Below are positions 13,401 to 26,175 of a stretch of DNA of 64,000 nt, piece after piece. The stretch is from Narcine bancroftii (Eukaryota), in contig NC_091480.1 in the NCBI RefSeq assembly GCF_036971445.1, positions 18,662,001-18,726,000 of the forward strand, in the 5' to 3' direction. The notes below the pieces were generated by a model. That model did not search any database. It worked only from the letters and a program-made list of their open reading frames with translations, and was not told the DNA's origin. Numbering within the stretch: position 1 is the stretch's first letter; the number at the start of each line of letters is the position of its first letter. A program made the translations under genes and the position numbers.

Positions 13401-16400
13401 AAATCTACTACTTGAGGAGCACAATGTACTTAAAATTAATCAGATAAACTTCGATATTTTCAGTTTTATGACCAGTAACTCTGCACTCTTTCACTGAAAA
13501 TTCACCTACTAACACAAAAAACATTGGTGGCAATATTTTGTGAATAGATTTGAATCCCATTTCTGTGTATTTTTTGCAGAGCTTTGCCTCATGAAATTCG
13601 ATCGGAGACGGTGGAAATTTGTCTATTCACCAAGGATGAACCAAACATGAATGCTGATGAGACTCAGAAATTCTATCAAAAACTTCTCAATGAGCATAAT
13701 ATTAAGAACATAACACACGTAAGATATAATACACTTCTATTTCTGGTTGCCTCATAAATTAAATTACGCTAAGATCAAGTGTTTTTTTTTTGTTGATTCT
13801 TCTTTGAAATGTTGTACCTTTTTGTATGATTGTCATGTCTGAAGAGCACATGAGCGTTGAATTAGCAGGGTGATGCAAAATTAAAAGGTGCAGCAGGATT
13901 AGCGAAGCAGTTAGTGCAACAATGTTACAGTGACAGCAACTGGGACAGGGGGGTTCGAATCTCACACTGTCTCTAAGGACTTTGTACATTCTTCCCCCGT
14001 GCCTGTGTGGGCTTTCTTTGGAGGTTCCCTTTTCCTCTCACTGTTCAAAAAACATACTGGGATTTTTGTCACTTTGGTGTAATTGGGCAACAAAGGCTTG
14101 TAGGCCAAAAGGGCCTATTAACGTGCTGTATGTCTAAATTTATTTAAAAAATTAAACTTCATGGTCTAAAGATTAGATTGCATCAGTTTTTGCTTATACT
14201 CTGTGGTGATCTTCAAAACATGAAGAGAAATAAAAAAAATGTTTTGATTTGATAGCCTTCTGTCCACTATCCTTCCCATACATTCATTTGGATTCAAAGG
14301 AATTGAAAAGGAGCCTAATTCTTGTGTATCATCACTCAGAAGTGGAGAAACAGCTTGATCATAGTCTTTTTTTTTAATTTTGTCTCTTTAGGATGACGAC
14401 TGGAGATGTCTTCTGTTGAATGCATTTGAAATGTCTTTAATGTTTTGCTTTGGATACAAAAGGACGTTGTAGGGAATAAAAGCAATCAGAAAAATAAAGC
14501 ATTTTTTATTGGAGGGATTAATTATTTCCCATCGACAAGGATAAAATGTTCTCATTGGACAAACTAGTTTGTTCCTCTTGTGTCCTTCTGTACATGTAAT
14601 TTGGAGATTTTATTTATCATAAATACAATGGCATGAAGCTTAACGTTTGTCTGACGTTACAAAATGGTACTGAATTTAGCTCGTTCTTTTTTTTTCATTA
14701 AGCACAACCTTCATGGTTCTTTTAAGAGGGAGCATGGCAAATCTTTGCACCAATTCTTGCATGTTTGTGTACTGGTTCGTGACAATTTTCATTCAATTTA
14801 ATTACAATATTGTAAAATAAAAGAAATTTATTGCAGTTAAGTAAGTTGGAGAAAAGAACTTAAAAGTTTTTTTAAGTTTGTACATTACTGAAGCCTAATC
14901 TCCCATTCTTAGGTTAGGTATCCAGAAAAGGAATTTAAAGTTGTGTATTAACTAGAATGTGATTTATCACTTAAGTGACAAAGTGATACAATGTTGACCT
15001 AAATTTTATTTTGTTAGATCATTCCATACAAGTCCTTGAAAACTGAATACAAACCGTATGAAGCAAAGCGTCGCCTGTTGAGCACATTTGACGTGTTCCT
15101 GGCTGATGATAGAATCAGGCGACTTTTACCTTCTCATTTGGGGAAGCATTTTTACAGGTCAAAAAAGTAAGTTGTATATTATTTTAACCACCACCATACA
15201 AAATAAGTACTATGCTTTTTCATTTATTTGTTTTGCAGTTGTTCATCATTCAGGCAGTGGCACTGAGTGCCATGTTTGAACAATGAAGTGGATGAGTTGG
15301 GAAAGAGTTGTAGCTCCAAGCTAAAGTAGTAGTTACTAAAGTAAGAAATAATTTCAGACTTCTAATGAGAAAAAGGACAGAAACTCTGTTCATTGCATTT
15401 ATTCCATTTTAAAAGATGTGCATCTCTATTTTGCATTTTACTATCTAAACTCTCCAACCATTGAGTTTTGATTTGTAATTGCTGTTATAATTAAGGGAAA
15501 TTATGAGATCAAATTGCACGCACACACAAACATCTTTCGGAACCCAGTTAACATGGTTGAAATTGAAAGGTTAACCAGGACATTGGAAGAGTTTTTCTAT
15601 ATTTCTTTGAATTGCCCTTTGGGAATTTTTGCATCAAGAGTGGGTTGGACAATATCTCACTGGAATGACAGTGGCCCTTGAAGCATTTCCTCGTAGTTTT
15701 ACATCTGAATTACACTCTTGGGTCTCTGGAGTGAGGATTCTTTGAATGAGCTGTGTGTCACAGAAGTGGCATTCTGGTATTGATGCTTGCATTTGCAATT
15801 TTGGTCATGTAGGGAACAGCAATTAAATTCTACCTTTGTGAGAAATTGCCAGAGGCCTGCTTCCAAGTTCATATGAGATTCACAGGGGAAATCTGTATTG
15901 CAGTTCTTGATGGGAACTTAGCAAGTCATCAAATGATTAAATATACATCAATTAAGTAGTCTAGTGAAATTCTGCAGGTATCTTGATGTCCGACACTACT
16001 TACAAGCTCATAAATACCATATATTAATGTAAATAAAGCAAGCTCTATGTCCGTATTTTATGATGTATGTGTATGTGCACTATACGAAAATATTTTTGCA
16101 TGTTGAAAGAGTGCTAACAATTAATAACGGGCATGGGAAAGTAGAACTGGCAATTTAAAGCGGGTGTGGGAATATAATAGCATTGAAAGAACACGCTCAA
16201 TTTATAGTGCCAGTGGGAAAGACGTGCCAACAATTTATAGTGAGCGTGGGAATGTTCTAGCGAGCATGAGAATGTAATGGTGGCAATGAAAGAATGCATA
16301 CAATTTATAGCGGGCGTGGGAAATTTTGATCTTGGGAATATCTCTTTGGACTGAATACCATGGTATTCCTATTAATAGGACATTCTGACAAGGGCACTGC

Positions 16401-19400
16401 ACCTTATCAATGTTTGTTGCCCAGACCTGTCCCTGAGGGAGGTGATTAACATATCAAGTGCTTCTGATTTGAGACAACATTAGAATTAAAATCCTGTTGA
16501 ACTCTGAAGCCTATCTTTGATCTATTTAATTGATTCCTCTCCAAAGCTTGTTGATTATGTGTGGTAGCAGGATATCATCTATATAAATGGGCGATTTGAC
16601 ACCTTTGGGGGAAAAGCAAATTATTTTATCAGTCGGAATTTAGAATACTACACCCACGCGGTATATGTGTGTGTGCGTTATAGAAGTGAAAATATGGTAA
16701 AATTGAAGTGAACAATATATTTTGTCGAAGCGACATATTGAGCATGGACTTATTTCAACTGTGTTCACTGTTTTCAGGATACCTCTCTCAGTGAACCTGG
16801 CTTCAAATGATCTTGCAAAAGATCTGTGTAAAATGATCCAGGGTACGGTCCTTCCAGTCAACAACAGAGGCAGCTGTTAGTGAGTATTAGATCTTATCGC
16901 CTGCATCATGTGTTTCTCTGTATTTAAGATGGTCTTCTGGAACCAAACTCTCAAAGTTGTAATATCTTTTTCATTTCTCAAATGGTTCTGAATGAGATTG
17001 ATTAAAGAATTAATGTGTTAAAATCCAATTTATTTGAAGTTGCAAATTGTACACTGCTGGGCAAATGAGGTGTGTTCAATTTTCAGGTTTGTCATGTTTA
17101 TTTTGTATTGAAATCTCATCCTGCGCACTTTTGGAGGTGCTGGGTTTTCCCAAGGCTTTAGTGTCTTTTCTTGCTGTGCTTAATTGTGTGCTGAATTTCA
17201 GTCCCATTCTTCCCTAATTCTTGAACTTCAGTGTATGGTCTGTCGACTCAGTACGTTAGAAGGTTAATATTGTTACACCTCTCCAGCAGCATTTGAAAGA
17301 CGCATAAACAAATGGGTTGAGTTTAACTCAAAATTTATTAACAGTTGTCAATCATATAATAATCGCAATAAACTCAACACCCAAACATAAGCCTTTATGA
17401 CAACTATATAATAACAATGGATATTTATATTGTGAGTGTGGGGGGAAAAATACTTAGACCAAATGCCCCTAAATAAACTCCCAAAACAAAACCCCAAATC
17501 AGTCACGTCAAGTAAGTCCTTCTAAAAAACATTCCACAGAATCTGGTCTCCAGGCTTTAATGTCTGAGTTCAGTTGTGCACAGGTCTTTGAGTTTAATGT
17601 GGAGAGAGAGTGACTGTTGTCACTGAGCAGACTTACAACCTTGGCATGTGAATACAGGAGACTTTCCTTAGTTTCTCATGTGGTAATGGCCACCTTCAGC
17701 TTTCTCACAAGGGAGTTTCTCACAGTGACCTGCTAGTCACTAGCATAAACTCTGCACCACTGAAGCCCTCTATAGGATTGCACCAGGTCTGTCTCACAAA
17801 GTCTTCTCTGCCAAAACCCTGCTTTGGATTATATCAAGTGTCTTTTGTCACACAAACTCCTCTTCTCGAAAGGGGAATAGAGAAGCACAGGTCAGACACA
17901 TACTGGGAATTAAGAGTATAAAATCTGCTGTCAGAACAGCAGTGCTGGCACCTGCGAACAGAGGCCTCCTGCTTTTTAGCTGGAGCTGCCAGGTGAACAC
18001 TGACAGTTCGTTCTTCAGCCTGCTGAACAGTTTAATTGCTGAGTGAGTGCCTTTGGCACTCCTGATGGGAGGAGAGGGCGACACAGCTTTCGCACTCCAC
18101 ACCGCTGTTAGCACTCTCTCAGCTTGCTGCTCCAGCGCTCCACACGGCGCATGCCCCTTTCTTCCACTGCTCAGTCAGTCACTGTCCCTGGTCAGAAATA
18201 AAACTATCCATGGTCCATAACAATATTATCTTAAATTGTAAATTACTTGGGGATACTTTGAAACTTCCTCAACTCTTCTTCTGATACATCACAATTGTAT
18301 TGGTGCTGTTTCCTGCACTCTTACAGAACTTGAAAATTCTGCCACATTGCCAATTTTTACCATCCTCTTGTTTCCATATGATTCATCTCTCACTCTTCTT
18401 TCTGGATTCAGCCCCCCCCCCCCCCCCCATCTTGAGCAAAAAACTGACAACGAACCAACAAGCCTACAAACACTCACAATCTTTGATATTGACTCTTTTT
18501 CTCTCTCCATTTGCACAGTTTGATATAAAAATGTCATACACGTTTGCATTTGCAAAATTTGACATGTATTCTCGCTCTCAAATTTGGCTCTATACAAAGC
18601 CCTCATTCTTCATTCATTCCCTCTTCTCTTATTTAAGGAGGCCTGGTCTTAGACTTTTGGGAACGTTCAATTTTTCCTATTCATCCCTTCCCTACACTGC
18701 AACATAAAACTAACCTATATTTTCCCTTTCTATCTTTGAGAAAAGATTATTGATACTCTTTCCATGGGTGTTGACTGGTCTGCAGTATGTTACCAATATT
18801 TCATCTTTCACTGATTCCTAACATCTACAGTTTTATTTTTTCACTTTTGAGAAGAATTTGTTGATTGTCATCTTTCATTGATTGTGTGCATTTTGTGTCC
18901 TTTCTTTTTACCTGTTAGTTCTTCCCGGGTAGCTCACACTGGGATGAAGTTGGGGGAGATAGTAGAAAATGTTATTGCTGCTATTCACACTATTGGAGTC
19001 AAGTTACCCCAGGTATGTTTAAAATTGTTCTTCATGAACTGATAGCTTGGATGATTTTGTCTTCGTTTCTCTCTCTCTCTCTCTCTCTCTTATTTTGTAC
19101 AATGTTCTAATTTTTTTTTAACCTTCAAGGGTGTAGAATAAAATAATGTAGCAAGGTTTTTTATGAACGATTTAGTTGCTGTGAACAAAATTGTGTATAT
19201 TTAACTCAACCTTCCATTTTTAATTGCCACTTTATTCATTGGAGTAATGGAAGATTAGTTGCTTCACAATTAAAACTACATTTTGGTTGGTTATTCTCAT
19301 TTGAAGTGATAAAGTTTCCCTTTTTTTGCCCACCCGAGGCTGTAAGAAAATTGTCAGGCTATTGCATCACCTAGCTCTATATGATTAGAATCTTTTATTT

Positions 19401-22400
19401 AAAAAAAACATAACCCGTTTCTTAAGACTCTTAACAATGTGGAATTGCATTGTCAGAGAAATTTGTTATTCATGGCAAATTGAAATAAATGGAAAAGGGA
19501 TTTGGAATAAAATAAATATGTTCTATCAGCATTAGGCATACATTCATTTTTATGGCAAAGTGTGCAATTTGGAATGGCAACATTTGCAATGCATCAAACT
19601 GAATTTTGGACAAAAATTGGAAATTGAATTTCAATCCACAGCCATTCGCGTTCTCAAGCATGTTTTAATTTTGACTTGCTACTCTGTCACTTGCCTTCTC
19701 ATTGCTTAGCCTATTTATTGTATTATCCAGCTTAATATCTTGCATACTTTGCCATGTCTTGTACAACATTGGTTTGAGAAAAGCAACCTTGGTTTTACTT
19801 ATCTCCCCAATAGCAGAAGAGTTGTCTTGCATCTGACATTTCCTCACTTGCCTAAAAGTGCTTTTCTTTGGCCACAGCAATGGAAAAATGTGAAAATTCT
19901 TCACTTGAAAACCTTGAATTCACCTGCCCTTCCTATATATACGTCTGATATGTGTAACCTGGAAGAGCTTCAAAAGAAGAAATCCAAGAAGCATAAAGAA
20001 ACAGTAAGTTTTTCATATCTTTAAAAATGGGTATGGTGTCCACTTGTTTACTATGTAGAAAAGATGAGGAACACCATTTCTGTTCATAACTTCTTTGGTA
20101 CAGATAAATGTATGAGGACTAGACAGAGATTTGGGGTGTTGGTGAGCGGTGGGGGGGGGGAGAGAAATTAGAGGGTGATGAGAATGAATACTGAGACATA
20201 AAGCACAGTATCTCACAGAATATTACTGTCAATTAAATATTCTTGTGTTATCCTTCGAACTTATCTGGGTAACTGATTTGTTTTTAAGCAACATCTCACA
20301 TATAGTCATAGATTGATCTTGAAATCTGTCTTGTGGATGGATGAGGCAGGTGGATGGAACAATTTGCCTGCTTTAAGAGTAGTGAGATTTTTTTTAATGT
20401 CGACCTGAAAGGACAACTGGACTTCATCCAAGTCATAGAAGCTCAGTTCAACATTTCCTTTTCAGTTGTCATTACGCTCTCAGATTTCTTGACTGGAACT
20501 TGAATTAGAAGTAAGAATATTACAATTGAAATCTCAAACTGAAACTGGCAATCTATGGAATGACATGATGATCCAAGTTAAATTCCTCTCCTGTGCTGAC
20601 AGACATGATAAGTTGGTGTGTGAAATTTTCATTCTTGTGTGTGCTGGTTCCTTTTAAGTACCTTGAGGGGGCGGAATGGTTGGGATAGCGGTTAGCGCAG
20701 CACCTTTCCAGTGCCAGCAAATGGGACCGGGTTTTGAATCCCATGCTGCCTGTAAAAAGTTTGTGCATTCTCCCTATGTCTGCGTGGATTTTCCCTGTGG
20801 GCTCTGGTTTCCTCCCGCCATTCGAAACATACCAGGGGTGTAGGTAAATTGGGCGGCAGAGACTCGTGGGCTGAAATGGCCTGTTAGCGTGCTGTATGTC
20901 TAAATGTAATGATCAGGGTAAATCTGTTTCTTCCTCCCTATTTCTATTCCATCTTAGATTATGATCTTGTAACTTTTTCTCTGGTGTCATTGTCATCCCA
21001 CCCACATACCAAAAACATTCTGACCATCCAAACTAACTTTTTCCTCTGAAATCATTATTATTTCCCAAAGCCTGTGTATGCTTGGATAAGTGGTTGACAC
21101 TGTTGTCTCAGGGGTTCTTGGCCTCTTTATCAGTTAACAAGCTGCTTATCTCTTGCACAGTTGCCTTGGTTTATTCTCTTCATGTTTTCTGATGGGACAC
21201 AGGTCTACCAGTCCACTACCCCTGCATGATGACTGTTATCAGCTTATTCTTTACCTGGTTTTAGAAGAAAAATTATTTCCTGTAAGAGATCAGCCTTCCA
21301 GGCCAAGAGGGCTGAGGATATTTAGCTGTTTGGTATATTTAAGACTTTGAGTCCAAATGGAATTGGGGAATGCAGAATTCTGATGAGAAACTGAGCATAT
21401 TTTATATTCAAGCTGTTATAAAAACTGTTCATTTCTTAAAGCTACTCCCAAAAAACAAATAAAATTAATGTCAGTACAGACAACAGTATGGTTTATTTTC
21501 TGAGGAACATCTACAACTACTGTGGTTGGAATCCAATAAACAGTTTGCATCCTGCTGCTGACCTTCAAGCCTCTTCTCAGCTTTAGCATGAAATTTTTTT
21601 TTTCTTTGGATGTACCAATCATTCTCGGAGTAATTGTGATAGGCTTCTTGTGTTTCCATGTATGTATGTATTTAATTGTAAACGCTTCTGTTACTGGTAT
21701 AGAAGCAGATTAAAACTTCCGCATGGTGTTTGTTGACAATTGCACATTGAAAGTCTAACATCAGTGTACAGTGATGTGTTTGGACAACTTTTCATTGCCA
21801 TCAAAACAAAGGAACTGTTCATCAACTTTAGGAAGCTGGGTGGAGCGCATTTATCAGTAATGCTTCAGGTTTTAGGAGTAAATATCAACAACAGCCATTC
21901 CTGGTCCAATCATGTCGAAACGATTGCCAAGAAAGCCCACTAACCCCTCTGCTTCCTCAGAGGTTGAAGGAAATTCAACATGCACCCAGTGTCCCTGACA
22001 AATTTTTAATATAAAAAGAACCATAGAAAGTAACCTGTTTGGATGCATCTCAGCATGGTATGGGAACTACTCTACCCTAGGCCTCAAGAAGCTTCAGAGA
22101 GATTGTACAAACCAACCTCCCCTCCATTGCCTCTCTCTTTAAATCCCACTGATTCCTGCTGCCTGGAAAAAGCAGCCAACATATGAGAGGACTCGTCTCA
22201 CCCTAGCCACTCTCTCATGTCGGGTAGAATATATTTGAATTTGAAACGTGCTCCTCCAGAGTCGAGCAGTTTTTTTCTCCCATGCTGTCATTAAACTTTT
22301 GAACAGACCTCCCATTGTTTTTCTACTCCCACGACCTGTTATGTTGACTATTGGTGACTTGCCTGGTTGTAACACAAAGCATTTTTTTTCCACCATCTTG

Positions 22401-25400
22401 AAAGGCATGGTAATAAACAAATGAATTCAGATTTTAATCATTAGTTTCCTTACATAGAGGTGAGCACTTCTTCAGAAGTGCATCTCCAACATGAAGAATG
22501 CTGCAAATAAAAATAATCTAGCATCGAGACAGCCTGTGTTGAAGGATGAATGATAGTACAATGAAATATTCTACTTAGTGTTTTACGAAGGGTGGGAAAG
22601 TCTCAGTTGTGCTTTGAGAAGACCTGATTTCTGAGAAATAATCCTTTTTGAAAAATATTCATGCAGCAGAAGTCATGAAATGAGGAGCCTGGAAGCAGAA
22701 TAAATTAATGGGTAAATGTAATGGTGTAATTTTACTTGGAGATGATGCAAATAGAAATGTTTTAAATAGAATACTTTTAATCAGAAGAAAGCAGCAAAAG
22801 TTAAGAATTTGGAAGTTTCAACTGACGGACTGTCACCTGAGGCCAGCCATGTTCCTGTTAAGGCTGTGAAAGAAAACTCAGAAAACACAAAACCTTCTGT
22901 CGCCATAAAGCGTTGTGTAGAAGAAGAAGAAATACCACAACTGGTCCCAATTGAAAAGCAAACTCCTGCAAAGAAAGCAAAACTGCAAGTATGTCACATA
23001 GTTAATATTTTTTTCTGCTTTACTCTCTCTGAGCTAATCATACTCTTCACGACATTCCTGTGTAAAAGTACCATTGATGTGTTCATTATGAATTATAAAT
23101 TGTATATCTAAATGTTTGGCTAGCTTATCTATCTGGGCAGTTACTGTAAAATCGAGAGTTGAAGCAAGGGGAGTAAAATTAACAGAAGAACAAAAGGAGT
23201 GGCATAGGTTATAGTGGAGAGAAAAAAATTGGGGAGAAAGAACAACTGAGCCCTGAAAAAAGGAGATGGGTAGACAAAAATGTAGAAGAGGGAAAGTGAG
23301 ACACTCTCGAAAAACAGTGGTGAGGATTTAGAAAGTAAAGCAGAGAAAGGCGTTGAAAATGGAGGAGGGTGAGAAAAACAAATAGAAGTTGAAAATTGAG
23401 TTATTTTAAGATTAAGTACTTATGGAACACGAAAGGAGAATGACAGAAACAAACTGAGGGAGAGTGAAAGCAGCATCTTAAATCTAAACTTAACCCCAAC
23501 TATGCGCAAATGTATGTGTGTGTCGGGCATGTGAATTTTCCGCATTTCCACATTTTTAAAATCCACCTCCATATTTTATTGGTGCCCGCTCTGACTCCCT
23601 CTGCTCGTTCCATGCAGTGCTAGGATGTTGCTCTGCCAACTTTGGCTGCCATATTTCCTGTAGTATAGCAGCAGCGGAATATCCCCGTGCACTCCCTCTC
23701 GGTCGCAAAGCATTTCCGAGGAGTTGCAATGCCCTGCCGTTTATGCCAGCGAAGCTCCCTTGTGATTTAACCCATATCTTGAAAGCGACGCGTGAAGAAA
23801 CAATTGTGAAAGTCTAATTCCTTGTCAGGTTAGCTGAAGTAAAACTCCAAGTAATAGATGAGCATCAGTACAAAGAAATGGTTACGTATTTAAGAAGTAA
23901 CTTTCTGGGGGAGAATAATATTTTGTGAAAATAGCTCCTGCATGTGCTAAAATAATTTTACAATTCTGTTCCAAATAATGGAATAACAAAAATGATGTCC
24001 AATGAAAAGTACAAGCTTGAGTAATGTATCTTTCAAGGTATTACAGGCATATGACTTTTCTGCGTTTCTGATTGGATGCAAGTTGGGCAAGGGCACTGCT
24101 TGGCATTGCTCGGTGCTAGTTATGGGCAAGTACTTCTTGGGGTTGGGAGAACCAGACATTCTGGTTTGAACATGGGTCAACAAGGTTGGTTGGTGACCTG
24201 GAAGGGGCTTGGAGTCTGGCTACAGATTGTAGTGTCTGTCTGATTTACTGTGCTCACTGTATTTTTTTTTTAATTTGATTTTGTTTAAAATGACTTTTTT
24301 TAATGGCTTGAAACTGGTAACTTTGTGTTTAAATTTTTACAAATGGGGTGCACTGCCTCCCAAACCCCCTACAAGGGGGAGCTGTGCCCCCTTGACCTGA
24401 CCCCCCCCCACCCCCATCTGCTGTATGCTTTGCACAAGTGCTCAGCTCTTTTCCTCTTTTTTTGACCTCGCTCACGTGCCTAGTGTGTGTATTAACCAAA
24501 CCATTACAGCTTCAGCACAATTCTGAAAAGTCAATTCAAAGTTCAGTCTTAGAAATCTTGTGTTGAAACTCGATCTTTAAACTGATGCTTAGAAGTAATT
24601 ATGAACTAGGTGAGACACTGAGTCATCAGCTTCTCAAAACTCACTAATTTTTGTCGAGTTGCTTTCAGAGAAATGAGTTGATACAACTCTCTCTCCTCTT
24701 GCTTGCGTAGGGGTAACAAAACCTGTGACTTCCATACTGCGATGCTTCCATGAACCCAGCCAAGGCTTAAACGAAATGACCGTTGGAATGGTCATGATCC
24801 AAATACAGGAATTATCCTCCTTCCTTTACCCAGACATAGGTCCATAACAAATTACCATTACAATGGCCACAGTAGATCACTGCTCTCCTCTGACGAGGAG
24901 AAGCAGCAGAATTGACCATGTCACCTAAAGTCACTTCGATTCTGTCTTTCCAGATTGCTTTCTGATGCTGCTTTTTTGAGTGTCTTAATCACATGACTTG
25001 CTTGATCAATACTGGTTTTCAATTTCAATTTCCCAAAAGCATGTCATAAGCAGTTGGGCTTCTCTCTCTGAACAAATGTCTTCTTGAGTAAACATCCATT
25101 AGTCTTTCAATTGAGAACAATAATGTTGTTTACAGCTTTGAATTAGGTGCCAGGCTGGCTGTTCAAAATGGTGTTTTCTGGGAGTGTCTTTCCCTGTTCC
25201 AACCCCCAAAGTGAATTTACTAAAAAAAAAGATAAAATAACAAAACCTTGCAGCAAAGATGAAATCAATGTGATTGGGCAAAATGCATAGACACAGGAAT
25301 AAACAGGAACAAAAACAGATCCAGAGAGAGAATAAGATGCACATCAGAGAACAAGAATGGGAGAAATGGAATTGCTCTGGTGGGACTGAGCATGGATCCA

Positions 25401-26175
25401 ATGAGTTGTCAAAAGAAAGAAACTGAAGAGAAGGAAAGGAAATAAAGTACCACGTGTGAAAGGAGAAGAAAACATTGAGAGCTTGAGAACCGAATCAACG
25501 AAGTGACAGTGTGAAATAACAGTTAATAAAAAGTACCAAGTCATGAATCAGATTGCTGGGTATCCTTTCACTTGAAGGATTTTTTTTTGCTCCTGTGGAA
25601 AGCTACAGTACTGTGATTAGCAGAAACCAGGCAATACTTTTAGTTGATTTGGTTATACTAGCAGTGAAGAAATGAATACAACATAATTTAAATTGTTATA
25701 TGAATAAGGACACTTGCTATTAATTTTTGAAATGAATTGCTTTCCCCTTTGGAAATTGGATGTCATTACAACCTAGTCTATTTTTCTGTTTTGCATCATG
25801 TTTGTTCATTACAAGGTACTTCTATTTCATTTTTTGTCTGAGCAGAAATTACAAGGACAGAACCACAATATACCAAAGGTGCTGGAGGAAAATGAGACTC
25901 CAGTTGGTAAGAAATTACAGCAAATAAAATGCAAACAAACACCCAAGGTGAAGACGCCGAACAAGAATCAAGGAAGTCCAAAGGTGAAGACCTCGGGGAA
26001 AAAAAGACAAGGTTTTCAAACACCAAGACAAGAAGTGAAAGAACATGACCTCAGTTTGGAGAGAAGTTCTCAAAAGAAAACAGAAAGAAACCCAAGGAGG
26101 AAGTCGATAGGAATTCCAAACTCGAGGAAAACTCCCAAACAGAAACCAAAACCAGAGGTTCCAAAGTCCGTATGA
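6849..26175 (+). CDS. RSL1D1: Ribosomal L1 domain-containing protein 1, 9 coding exons, 445 aa: join(6849..6902,10347..10486,13580..13718,15018..15166,16778..16879,18919..19012,19878..20003,22785..22988,25846..26175)
   Basis: Manually spliced: all introns GT-AG, phases consistent, total 1338 nt. Translation includes [57 protein letters not shown] and [10 protein letters not shown], matching vertebrate RSL1D1, with a Lys-rich C-terminus. Confidence 0.96.
7482..8630 (+). repeat. G-rich minisatellite, 17-21 bp units (GGGGGTTAGGGGAGAGAGA / GGGGTTAGGGGAGAGAA), RSL1D1 intron 1
   Basis: About 1.15 kb of tandem units read directly; most contain TTAGGG or GTAGGG. Confidence 0.97.
8687..9548. mobile_element. 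Non-autonomous DNA transposon, PIF/Harbinger-like TIRs
   Basis: Left GGCCTTTTCACACCCC and right GGGGATGTGAAAGGGCA are inverted repeats; internal TTCACAC/GTGTGAA subterminal motifs; no coding capacity. Confidence 0.55.
10347..10486 (+). CDS. RSL1D1: RSL1D1 exon 2
   Basis: catcag| [46 protein letters not shown] |gtaagt; 140 nt. Confidence 0.95.
12424..13151 (-). mobile_element. 5'-truncated L1-clade LINE 3' end with TSD
   Basis: Minus-strand [21 protein letters not shown]2 C-terminus, T-rich tail, TSD GGTCATAAATT at 12413-12423 and 13152-13162; same family as the 38.6 kb and 41.9 kb copies. Confidence 0.88.
13580..13718 (+). CDS. RSL1D1: RSL1D1 exon 3
   Basis: tttgcag| [46 protein letters not shown] |gtaag; 139 nt. 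Confidence 0.96.
13890..14145 (+). mobile_element. tRNA-derived SINE (HE1/V-SINE-like)
   Basis: B-box-like GGTTCGAATC, V-domain-like core, CGTGCTGTATGTCTAAAT tail. Confidence 0.75.
15018..15166 (+). CDS. RSL1D1: RSL1D1 exon 4
   Basis: ttgttag| [49 protein letters not shown] |gtaagt; 149 nt. Confidence 0.97.
16118..16322 (+). repeat. Five degenerate 22-bp repeats (CAATTTATAGCGGGCGTGGGAA) with variable spacers, RSL1D1 intron 4
   Basis: Copies start at 16118, 16151, 16198, 16231 and 16301. Confidence 0.8.
16778..16879 (+). CDS. RSL1D1: RSL1D1 exon 5
   Basis: ttttcag| [33 protein letters not shown] |gtgagt; 102 nt. Confidence 0.95.
17271..18222 (-). mobile_element. Solo LTR (952 bp), probably Gypsy-type
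   Basis: TGTTA...TAACA ends, 4-bp TSD ATAT on both sides, AATAAA on the minus strand. Confidence 0.75.
18919..19012 (+). CDS. RSL1D1: RSL1D1 exon 6
   Basis: ctgttag| [31 protein letters not shown] |gtatgt; 94 nt. Confidence 0.95.
19878..20003 (+). CDS. RSL1D1: RSL1D1 exon 7
   Basis: gccacag| [42 protein letters not shown] |gtaagt; 126 nt. Confidence 0.95.
20667..20908 (+). mobile_element. tRNA-derived SINE (HE1/V-SINE-like), near full length
   Basis: tRNA-like head, GTTTGTGCATTCTCCC...GGTTTCCTCCC core, GGCCTGTTAGCGTGCTGTATGTCTAAAT tail. Confidence 0.8.
21780..22430 (+). mobile_element. Degraded Rex1/Babar-like LINE 3' part
   Basis: [11 protein letters not shown]...LGVNI...[14 protein letters not shown] and downstream [16 protein letters not shown] remnants. 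Confidence 0.6.
22785..22988 (+). CDS. RSL1D1: RSL1D1 exon 8
   Basis: aatcag| [12 protein letters not shown]...[24 protein letters not shown] |gtatgt; 204 nt; contains the EEIPQLVPI motif. Confidence 0.9.
23524..24482 (+). mobile_element. Non-autonomous hAT-type DNA transposon, RSL1D1 intron 8
   Basis: TIRs CGGGCATGTGA ... TCACGTGCCTA, 8-bp TSD GTGTGTGT (23516-23523 and 24483-24490); termini resemble those of the 27627-29823 element. Confidence 0.8.
25846..26175 (+). CDS. RSL1D1: RSL1D1 exon 9 (last coding exon, Lys-rich with TP motifs)
   Basis: Acceptor ...tctgagcag|; [11 protein letters not shown]...[16 protein letters not shown] then TGA. AATAAA downstream at 26366, 26644 and 27029. Confidence 0.85.
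   Translation, partial: KLQGQNHNIPKVLEENETPVGKKLQQIKCKQTPKVKTPNKNQGSPKVKTSGKKRQGFQTPRQEVKEHDLSLERSSQKKTERNPRRKSIGIPNSRKTPKQKPKPEVPKSV

Noticed and set aside
14380-14500. Cryptic or poison exon in RSL1D1 intron 3 after a strong acceptor (tctctttag)
   Set aside because: No clear matching donor and no homology; unsupported without RNA data.
16118-16322. Mini CRISPR array
   Set aside because: Repeats are degenerate, and spacers are unequal and partly related to each other; eukaryotic intron.
21220-21320. Intronic C/D-box snoRNA candidate (ATGATGA ... CTGA)
   Set aside because: No convincing terminal stem or recognisable rRNA guide; an Infernal/snoscan run would be needed.
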